A stretch of DNA of 58,933 bases from assembly GCA_035363255.1 (NCBI GenBank), contig DAOSES010000015.1, positions 1 to 58,933 on the forward strand, written 5' to 3'. A model generated the notes under the pieces. That model saw only the letters and a program-made list of their open reading frames with translations, was not told the origin of the DNA and ran no database searches. The DNA comes from Caldisericia bacterium. GTDB taxonomy: Bacteria > Caldisericota > Caldisericia > UBA6126. Position 1 is the stretch's first letter. Every line of letters begins with the position of its first letter. This document shows, one piece after another, positions 49,517 to 56,838 of this stretch. Position numbers and translations under genes: made by a program.

Positions 49517-51335
49517 TCAAACTGTCAATATAACCATTAATGGGAAACCATTTAGCGTAGCTGCTCATAGCACCATTCTTGAAGCTTGTGAAAAAGCTCA
49601 TATCCATGTGCCCACTTTGTGCTACCTTAAAGAGATTTGCGAAGAGGGCTCATGTGGAATCTGTGTAGTCGAAGTTGCAAAAGCAAGAACATTGCAAAGA
49701 GCTTGTATTACTGAAGTTTTTGAAGGTATGGAAATTAAAACACATACTCCCCGAGTGCTTGAAGCAAGAAAAACGGTAGCTGAACTTATTCTTGCAAATC
49801 ATCCTAAAGACTGTCTTTCCTGCGATGCAAATGAATCTTGTGATTTACGTCAACTCACTTACGATTTAGGTATTTCCGAAGTACATTTTGAAAAAACTCG
49901 TGAAAATGATTTTGAACTCGATCTCACATCTCCTTCGTTTAAACGTGACATGAATAAATGCATCCTTTGCAAACGTTGTGTTGAAGTTTGCGAAAAAGTT
50001 CAGTCGGTATCAGTTATTGACACTGCCGGACGAGGCATGAAAAATCGAATAGCAACTTTTATGGATCGTGGTATTGGTGAATCCTATTGTATTAATTGCG
50101 GTCAATGCGTTTTGGTTTGCCCCACTGGCGCTCTTATTGAACAAAGTGAAGTTGATCTCGTTTGGAAGGCTTTGGCAGATCCCAAAAAGATTATCCTGGT
50201 TGAAACAGCTCCAGCAGTGCGCGTTGCTATTGGTGAAGAATTTGGTCTTCCTGCTGGATCCCTGGTTACCAAACAAATGGTTGCTGGTCTTCGTCGATTA
50301 GGTTTCACGAAAGTATTTGATACCAATTTCTCTGCCGATTTAACCATTATGGAAGAAGGTTATGAGCTTATAGGTCGCATTAAAAAGGCACTAGGTCAAG
50401 ACAAAGGTGAATACCACGGTCCCACCAATCTTCCAATGATCACCTCTTGCTCTCCTGGTTGGATCAAATTTGCTGAACACTTTTTCCCTGGAGTTTTAGA
50501 TCATCTATCAACTTGCAAGTCACCTCAACAAATGTTTGGTGCTGTAGCAAAAACATACTACGCTGAAAAGTTAAAAGTTGATCCCAGAGATATTGTAGTC
50601 GTTTCTATCATGCCTTGTGTTGCAAAAAAATATGAAGCAAAACGCCCTGAAATGAATAGTGCTTTCCATTATTGGAAAAACAAACTTCATCTTACTGATG
50701 ATCAATCTTTCCAGGATGTTGACCATGTACTTACCACTCGTGAAGCTGCCCGTATGATGAAACAAGCAGGTATTTTCCTTCCAGATCTACCTAATGAAGA
50801 GTTTGATCAGCCTCTAGGTTCATCTACCGGTGCTGCTGTGATATTCGGTTCATCGGGCGGAGTTATGGAAGCTGCAATCCGTACTGCTTATGAAGTTATC
50901 ACAGAGTCTCCTCTGCCTAAGCTTGATTTCGAAGAAGTCCGTGGCTTGCAGGGCATTAAAAGCGCTACTATCGATATTCAAGGGCTGGGACTTAAGATTG
51001 CTGTTGCCAATGGCCTTGGAAATGCTCGAGTTCTTCTTGAACAAGTTGCCAAAGGCGAATCACCCTATCATTTCATCGAAGTAATGGCATGTCCAGGTGG
51101 TTGTATCGGTGGAGGTGGACAACCCTATCCCACTAATACCGAAGTAAGAGAAAAACGTATGAAAGCAATCTATTGTGAAGATTGTAATTTACCCATACGT
51201 AAATCCCACGAAAATCCATCTATTACTGACATTTACAAAGATTTTCTTGGACAGCCCAATGGTGAAAAATCCCACCATCTATTACATACCTCCTACACTC
51301 AACGCGACATCTACGAGCAAGAAAAAGAAAGATAA
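49509..51335 (+). CDS. hydA: [FeFe] hydrogenase catalytic subunit HydA (M3-type: 2Fe-2S + His-ligated 4Fe-4S + 2x4Fe-4S + H-domain + C-terminal SSU-like tail)
   Basis: L2 motif MPCVAKKYEA, L3 motif EVMACPGGCIGGGGQP, L1 reads TSCSPGW. N-terminal cluster motifs CYLKEICEEGSCGIC, HPKDCLSCDANESC, CILCKRCVEVC, CINCGQCVLVCP. RBS GGGAGG lies 8 nt before the ATG. Confidence 0.9.
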   Translation: MNDQTVNITINGKPFSVAAHSTILEACEKAHIHVPTLCYLKEICEEGSCGICVVEVAKARTLQRACITEVFEGMEIKTHTPRVLEARKTVAELILANHPKDCLSCDANESCDLRQLTYDLGISEVHFEKTRENDFELDLTSPSFKRDMNKCILCKRCVEVCEKVQSVSVIDTAGRGMKNRIATFMDRGIGESYCINCGQCVLVCPTGALIEQSEVDLVWKALADPKKIILVETAPAVRVAIGEEFGLPAGSLVTKQMVAGLRRLGFTKVFDTNFSADLTIMEEGYELIGRIKKALGQDKGEYHGPTNLPMITSCSPGWIKFAEHFFPGVLDHLSTCKSPQQMFGAVAKTYYAEKLKVDPRDIVVVSIMPCVAKKYEAKRPEMNSAFHYWKNKLHLTDDQSFQDVDHVLTTREAARMMKQAGIFLPDLPNEEFDQPLGSSTGAAVIFGSSGGVMEAAIRTAYEVITESPLPKLDFEEVRGLQGIKSATIDIQGLGLKIAVANGLGNARVLLEQVAKGESPYHFIEVMACPGGCIGGGGQPYPTNTEVREKRMKAIYCEDCNLPIRKSHENPSITDIYKDFLGQPNGEKSHHLLHTSYTQRDIYEQEKER

Positions 51336-51348
51336 CACTCTCAAAAAA

Positions 51349-51381
51349 GAGGCAAGGGCTTTTGCCCTTGCCTCTTTTTTT
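51349..51381 (+). terminator. Rho-independent terminator after hydA
   Basis: GAGGCAAGGGC-tttt-GCCCTTGCCTC followed by T7. An A-run upstream makes bidirectional function possible. Confidence 0.8.
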
Positions 51382-51460
51382 ATTGAATTATTCTAGGCTT
51401 GTGATACCTTATATGATATCCAGTAAGTGATGAATATATGAGAATAATTAAGGATTAGCA

Positions 51461-52300
51461 ATGGAAGACAACTTTTTAAACGCTCAAGGGATTACCAAGT
51501 TTTTATCTGAAGAATCGGGCGTACAAAAAGCAAGGCTTGATTTAAAATCGCTCCTCATTCTTGGTTTTATGGCCGGAGCATTTATTTCTTTCGGAGGCAT
51601 GATCTCGGTAGTAGTTCTTACTGATAGCTCTTTTTTTATTGGTAAAGCCTTGAGTAAAATTCTAGCAGGAATGTTTTTCAGTATGGGCTTGTTGCTCGTT
51701 TTATTAAGCAATGCAGAACTTTTTACTGGTAACAGTCTTATGCTTATATCTTTATTCAACAAAAAAATTACTTTTATCAGACTCTTAAGAAATTGGTTCT
51801 TTGTCTATTTGGCAAATTTTCTTGGTTCAATGTGCCTTGCTATTTTATTGTTTTACTCAGGTATTTGGAAAAACGATCAATACCTCTATGCACAAACCAT
51901 CCATTCTATCGCACTAAAAAAAGTCAGTTTGCCTATTATTGAAGCTTTTTTTCGAGGTGTTTTATGTAATTGGCTGGTTTGTCTCGCGATATGGATGAGT
52001 TTTTCTTCCAAAGCCATTGTCAATAAATTTTTTGCTATTCTTTTACCCATAACAAGCTTTATTGCATTGAGTTTTGAGCATAGTGTGGCAAATATGTTTA
52101 TATTACCTTTTGCTTATTTGACTCAAACATCTCTTTCAACTATCTCAATTCCAACAACAACTATTCCAAGCATGATTGAGCTCAATTGGACAACTATTCT
52201 CAGTAACAATTTACTACCAGTTTCATTGGGAAACATTGTTGGCGGAGTTTTCTTTGTATCATTCATTTTTTGGCTTGCTTATTGCCATCAAAAGCTGTAA
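51461..52300 (+). CDS. focA: Formate/nitrite transporter family channel (FocA-like)
   Basis: FNT hallmark FSMGLLLVLLSNAELFTGN and six TM segments. Confidence 0.8.
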   Translation: MEDNFLNAQGITKFLSEESGVQKARLDLKSLLILGFMAGAFISFGGMISVVVLTDSSFFIGKALSKILAGMFFSMGLLLVLLSNAELFTGNSLMLISLFNKKITFIRLLRNWFFVYLANFLGSMCLAILLFYSGIWKNDQYLYAQTIHSIALKKVSLPIIEAFFRGVLCNWLVCLAIWMSFSSKAIVNKFFAILLPITSFIALSFEHSVANMFILPFAYLTQTSLSTISIPTTTIPSMIELNWTTILSNNLLPVSLGNIVGGVFFVSFIFWLAYCHQKL

Positions 52301-52320
52301 CATGAAAGAAAGAAGAATAT

Positions 52321-52758
52321 ATGCCAATTACCAACATTAGCCAAAAACATCCACAACTTCGTACCGCAATAGCTGAAGGAAGCATCCTACTTTCAGCCCA
52401 TACCATGCATCTCATCTTAGACAAGCAAATCCCCAAGGGTGATCCATTGCAAATCGCTGAAGCTGCAGCCCTATTAGCCATCAAACAAACACCCTATCTG
52501 ATTCCACATTGTCACCCCATTCCCATACATGGGGCGGAAGTTTTTTTTAGACTCTCCGATTCTACTCTTACATGCAGTGTTAAAGTTATTTCTTTTGGAG
52601 TCACAGGTATCGAAATCGAAGCCATCACAGGAGTAAGTATTGCACTTTGCACTATATGGGATTGTGTAAAATATCTTGAAAAAAATGAACATGGAGAGTA
52701 CCCAAACACTATGATTCAATCAATCAAAGTAATACAAAAAGAAAAAAAAGATGTCTAA
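52321..52758 (+). CDS. moaC: Cyclic pyranopterin monophosphate synthase MoaC
   Basis: HMHLILDKQIPKGDPLQIAEAAALLAIKQT...GVTGIEIEAITGVSIAL. Confidence 0.9.
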   Translation: MPITNISQKHPQLRTAIAEGSILLSAHTMHLILDKQIPKGDPLQIAEAAALLAIKQTPYLIPHCHPIPIHGAEVFFRLSDSTLTCSVKVISFGVTGIEIEAITGVSIALCTIWDCVKYLEKNEHGEYPNTMIQSIKVIQKEKKDV

Positions 52759-53974
52759 ATCAGGTTTTCATCAACTTCACTCTTTGAAAGAGGCTTTGGA
52801 AATACTCTATAGTATATCTACTCCAGTTCAAGAAACTGAGTTCAGTCTTGATCAAGCATTAAACAAAATCTGTAGCAGAGATATAAACGCTCCTATTGCT
52901 GTGCCTTCTTTTTCAAAATCAGCTATGGATGGTTATGCAGTTTTATCCTCTGACACTTACTATGCCAGTCCTACTAGACCAATCGCTCTTGAGCTGATTG
53001 GGGAGATACTTCCAGGCGAAGACACAAAGCAAGTGATTTCTACGGGACAATGCATTGAAATAGCTACTGGTGCCAAAGTTCCTGAAGGAGCAGATGGTAT
53101 TGTAATGGTTGAACATACTGAAAAAGAAGGCACTCAAGTGAAAGTTTTCAGTTCAACGGCCCCTGGTCACCATATTATCCAAGCTGGATCGGATATCTCA
53201 AAAAACCAGTTAGTAGTAAAAAAAGGTACCAGACTCACTGCAAGGCATACTTCTCTCTTGTCAGGGCTTGGCATGGAGAAAATTCATTGCTTCCAAGGCC
53301 TTGTTGTCGCTGTAGCCTCTACTGGCAACGAAATAGTACGACCTCCCAATCCGCTTGCTTCAGCTCAATCATATGATATTAATGCTAGAGCCCTAATTGA
53401 TTCTATTAGGGAATATGGCTGTGTCGCCAAAGATTTTGGTGTAATCGTGGATGAGGCTAAAGAAATTGAAAAAACCATTCTTGAGATGGTCAAACAAGCT
53501 GATATTGTAGTTATTAGCGGTGGGTCTTCGCTGGGTACAAAAGATTTAATACTCGAGCAGATTAACAAAATAGGACAAGTCTTAGTGCATGGAATTGCAG
53601 TTAAGCCAGGCAAACCAACTCTAATAGGTAAAATTCAAGATAAACTAATCTTAGGCCTCCCTGGTCATCCCGCTTCTGCATTGTCCAATTTTTTCATTCT
53701 GATAAAGCCATATCTGGATTTTTTGTTTCAAGTTCATACCTCGATTACTCCGTTTATAGATGCTCGATTAACTTGTAAAATTGCCTCTACTATTGGAAGG
53801 TTTGAATTTATCCCTGTACAAGTTCAAGAATGCGACTCTGAATTCTTGGCGCTTCCTCAACTAAAAGGTTCGAGTGCAATTTCTCCGATGATGAATAGTG
53901 ATGGTTATATCAAGATTAACGAAAACATAGAAGTTTTGGATAAAAATACCTTGGTTCGAGTTTTTTTGTTTTAA
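52751..53974 (+). CDS. moeA: Molybdopterin molybdenumtransferase MoeA
   Basis: FSKSAMDGYAV...ISGGSSLGTKD...GLPGHPASAL. Confidence 0.85.
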   Translation: MSKSGFHQLHSLKEALEILYSISTPVQETEFSLDQALNKICSRDINAPIAVPSFSKSAMDGYAVLSSDTYYASPTRPIALELIGEILPGEDTKQVISTGQCIEIATGAKVPEGADGIVMVEHTEKEGTQVKVFSSTAPGHHIIQAGSDISKNQLVVKKGTRLTARHTSLLSGLGMEKIHCFQGLVVAVASTGNEIVRPPNPLASAQSYDINARALIDSIREYGCVAKDFGVIVDEAKEIEKTILEMVKQADIVVISGGSSLGTKDLILEQINKIGQVLVHGIAVKPGKPTLIGKIQDKLILGLPGHPASALSNFFILIKPYLDFLFQVHTSITPFIDARLTCKIASTIGRFEFIPVQVQECDSEFLALPQLKGSSAISPMMNSDGYIKINENIEVLDKNTLVRVFLF

Positions 53975-54465
53975 TGAAGAAGTACTTGTTAGGCATTCTT
54001 GTTATATCAGACAGCTCTTTTAATAAAACTCGAATTAGCACTACTCAAGACCTTATCATTGATCATCTTCATGACTTGTTTGATATATCGGTTGTTAAAA
54101 TTATACCCGACCATCCACTTGAAATTGAAACTACCTTGTCTGAATGGGCTGACAATCTCCATCTCGATTTAATACTCAGCACAGGTGGAACTGGAGCAAG
54201 TCCAAGGGATTTTACGCCAGAAGCAAGCATGAAGATATTTGATAAAGAGATACCCGGTATTTCTGAGTACTTAAGAATAAAAACAATCGAAAAAACTCCC
54301 TACGCTTGTTTATCCAGAGGAAAATCAGGTAGTCGCAAGCAAACCTTGATTATAAATCTTCCGGGTAGCTCTAAAGCAGTGAAAGAGTATCTTGAACTTC
54401 TCCAACCCATCCTTGGTCATGCCATAGATATCATTCAAGGGAAAGTAAATCGTTGTGGAGGGTAA
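53974..54465 (+). CDS. mogA: Molybdopterin adenylyltransferase MogA/MoaB
   Basis: LILSTGGTGASPRDFTPEA. Confidence 0.8.
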   Translation: MKKYLLGILVISDSSFNKTRISTTQDLIIDHLHDLFDISVVKIIPDHPLEIETTLSEWADNLHLDLILSTGGTGASPRDFTPEASMKIFDKEIPGISEYLRIKTIEKTPYACLSRGKSGSRKQTLIINLPGSSKAVKEYLELLQPILGHAIDIIQGKVNRCGG

Positions 54466-54468
54466 GGT

Positions 54469-54717
54469 ATGAATAATATACATGTTCTTCTCTTTGCGGG
54501 TATTCGTGAAGGCATTGGTCTTGACAAGCTAATTTTGAGCTATCCTCAAGGTATTACTTTGGGTCAACTCATCCAGGATATGGAAACAACATATCCTCAT
54601 CTTTTGCGCTTGTTCAGATCTTGTCAATTCATTGTTAATTGTCAGGAAATCCAAGTGGATTATATCCTACAGGATAATGATGAGGTTGCAATTCTTCCTC
54701 CCTTGGGAGGGGGTTAA
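54469..54717 (+). CDS. moaD: Molybdopterin synthase sulfur-carrier subunit MoaD
   Basis: 82-aa ubiquitin-like protein ending in GG (…LPPLGGG). Confidence 0.7.
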   Translation: MNNIHVLLFAGIREGIGLDKLILSYPQGITLGQLIQDMETTYPHLLRLFRSCQFIVNCQEIQVDYILQDNDEVAILPPLGGG

Positions 54718-54723
54718 AGATTT

Positions 54724-55131
54724 ATGCTCAAGCTTCAAAAAGATCCTCTTGATCTTCAGGAATACTTTAAAAGCATCAATGCAAGCATTGGGGCTTGTTT
54801 ATTTTTTGCAGGCATCGTCAGAAATGCTCCGGAAGATCAACAAGTTCAAGGGATCGAATATCATGCTTATGACAAGTTATGCTTTCACAAAGAAAAGCAT
54901 TTTGAGCAGAATTTCAAGTCTCTTTTTCCTGACAAATCTTATCATATCGTTCACCGTTTGGGTTATGTGCCAGTCAAAGAAACTTCCTTAATAGTTACGC
55001 TATTCTCACCTCATCGCAAAAAGTCATTTTCTTCTCTTGAGTTTATCGTCGAATGGATCAAATCGGATCTTCCAGTGTGGAAAAAAATCATTCATTGTGA
55101 TGGCAGTAGTCATTGGAAAGCCAACTTTTAA
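54724..55131 (+). CDS. moaE: Molybdopterin synthase catalytic subunit MoaE
   Basis: Size and position after moaD, with a pattern resembling the MoaE family (GIVRN...HRLGYVPV). Confidence 0.8.
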   Translation: MLKLQKDPLDLQEYFKSINASIGACLFFAGIVRNAPEDQQVQGIEYHAYDKLCFHKEKHFEQNFKSLFPDKSYHIVHRLGYVPVKETSLIVTLFSPHRKKSFSSLEFIVEWIKSDLPVWKKIIHCDGSSHWKANF

Positions 55132-55132
55132 C

Positions 55133-55894
55133 ATGAATAACTCTGATCCTTTATTTCGATATGAACGCCAACTTTGGATGAAATCAATATCTCTCGAGGG
55201 TCAAAAAAAAATAGCTCAAACCTCAGTTTTAGTGGTTGGAGCTGGAGGTTTAGGTTCACCCATTTTATTCTATTTAGCTGCTGCTGGGATAGGTAAAATA
55301 GGAATTATGGATGACGACCAAATCACTTCAAGCAATCTAAATCGACAAATACTATACACTACCAAAGATCTAGGTTTAAAAAAAAGCTCAACTGCAAAAC
55401 AACGCATTCAAGATCTCAATCCCTCCATCCGCGTTGAAGACTATTCTGAACGTTTAGATCAGCATAATGCCCAAAACATCATTTCAAAATATTCTTTACT
55501 TATTGATGCTAGCGATAATTATCCCACCAGATATCTGATCAACGATACCAGTGTTTTATTGAGGATTCCACTCTTCTTTGCAGCGGTATCTGCTTGGTCA
55601 GGAATTTTCTTCGCACGAATACCCCATCGTAATCAAGCATGTTTTCGTTGTTGTTATCCTGTTCCTTTGCCAGAAGCAGAATCCCAGGATGAAAAACATG
55701 CTGGGATCATTGGTGCTACTGCTGGCTTTCTTGGTTCTTTGCTTTGCACTCAAATCATCCAGTATATTACTCAGGACACCTTTGCATATGAAGGTAAAAT
55801 GTTATGGGTTGACCTTGAAAAAGCCAGGTTTTTCACCTATCCTTGCACTCTTAAAGAAACTTGTTTGTGTCATTCACTTGAAAAAGCATCATGA
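55133..55894 (+). CDS. moeB: MoeB/ThiF-family adenylyltransferase (MoaD-activating E1-like)
   Basis: VLVVGAGGLGSPILFYLAAAGIGKIGIMDDD and a C-terminal CxxC...C motif. Start taken at the ATG 2 nt after the moaE stop. Confidence 0.8.
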   Translation: MNNSDPLFRYERQLWMKSISLEGQKKIAQTSVLVVGAGGLGSPILFYLAAAGIGKIGIMDDDQITSSNLNRQILYTTKDLGLKKSSTAKQRIQDLNPSIRVEDYSERLDQHNAQNIISKYSLLIDASDNYPTRYLINDTSVLLRIPLFFAAVSAWSGIFFARIPHRNQACFRCCYPVPLPEAESQDEKHAGIIGATAGFLGSLLCTQIIQYITQDTFAYEGKMLWVDLEKARFFTYPCTLKETCLCHSLEKAS

Positions 55895-55975
55895 AAGTAA
55901 TTGTTGAACTTTTCGCTAGTTTTCACATTGATTAAAACGTAGTGTTTTTTTATACACCATTTAAGGAGGAGTATT

Positions 55976-56488
55976 TTGAAGCAATTAGATAATTCTGCAA
56001 AGATTAAGTGGATAACTCGTACTGCAATTTTGCTTTCTCTTTTGCTCGCATTCCAAATTTTAGGGCTACCTCAACCTATCACAGGCCCTGTAGTCAATTT
56101 TATTTTACTTTTCACCGTAGTCCTGAATGGTTTTTATAGTTCCATGGTCATTGGCGCACTTAGTCCTCTTATTGCCTTTTCCAGGGGCATACTTCCCGCA
56201 CCTCTGGGCCCCATGATTCCCTTTATCATCCTTGGTAACTTGGTGTATATTGCGGTTTTTGCTATAGCCAGAAGAAAAAACAAGAAACCTCTTTACCAGT
56301 TGTTGGCTGTTGTCCTGGCTTCGGTGTTAAAGTATCTGGTTTTGTCAAGCGCAGTGAAGTTCTTTGTAGCTGTTCCAGCACCTATTGCCCAAGCGATGAG
56401 TTTTCCACAACTTATCACTGCATTGCTGGGAGGATTGATTTTAATACTCATGGAACCTGTCTGGAAAAACACTGCAAATAAAAGATAA
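55976..56488 (+). CDS. Small polytopic membrane protein, possibly an ECF-transporter S-component-like substrate-capture protein
   Basis: Five to six predicted TM helices in about 170 aa, with RBS AAGGAGG. The family assignment is uncertain. Confidence 0.4.
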   Translation: MKQLDNSAKIKWITRTAILLSLLLAFQILGLPQPITGPVVNFILLFTVVLNGFYSSMVIGALSPLIAFSRGILPAPLGPMIPFIILGNLVYIAVFAIARRKNKKPLYQLLAVVLASVLKYLVLSSAVKFFVAVPAPIAQAMSFPQLITALLGGLILILMEPVWKNTANKR

Positions 56489-56499
56489 AATAAAAAAAA

Positions 56500-56539
56500 G
56501 AGCATGAATTGAGCAAATCTCAATTCATGCTCTTTTTTT
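56500..56539. terminator. Bidirectional rho-independent terminator
   Basis: GAGCATGAATTGAG-caaat-CTCAATTCATGCTC flanked by an A8 run upstream and a T7 run downstream. It serves the convergent genes on both strands. Confidence 0.8.
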
Positions 56540-56544
56540 AACGA

Positions 56545-56793
56545 TTAAAGACTAATTAAAGCAGAGTGGAGACCTTGAATTGCGTTTAAGTCTGACTTAA
56601 GAAGATCAATTTCTGAGGGTTTGTCTAGTAGGGTGAGAATAATCACTCCACAATCAGAACATACATTTTCGTTGGCTTCATGAAAACCAATACGGTTTTG
56701 AATAATACAGCCATGCTTTGTCAGTACTTCTTGAACTTTAAGGGCATTATTGGTGCGTTTATCAAGTTTGATAGCCATTACATTACATTTCAT
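56545..56793 (-). CDS. Small ACT-like protein resembling the TM1266-type 'iron-only hydrogenase system regulator' family
   Basis: About 80 aa with the pattern AIKLDKR...KVQEVLTKHGCIIQNRIGFH...VIILTL...EIDLLKSDLNAIQGL. Assigned from recollection of the family pattern, not from a search. Confidence 0.45.
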   Translation of the reverse strand: MKCNVMAIKLDKRTNNALKVQEVLTKHGCIIQNRIGFHEANENVCSDCGVIILTLLDKPSEIDLLKSDLNAIQGLHSALISL

Positions 56794-56838
56794 AAGTGCC
56801 TCCTCGTTTTCTGGATATATGTAAGAGTATAAGGGATA

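Noticed and set aside
55895-55975. Possible riboswitch (preQ1/TPP/Moco) in the leader of the small membrane-protein gene
   Set aside because: The leader is only about 80 nt and shows no recognisable conserved riboswitch core, only a weak GTGT/ACAC hairpin.
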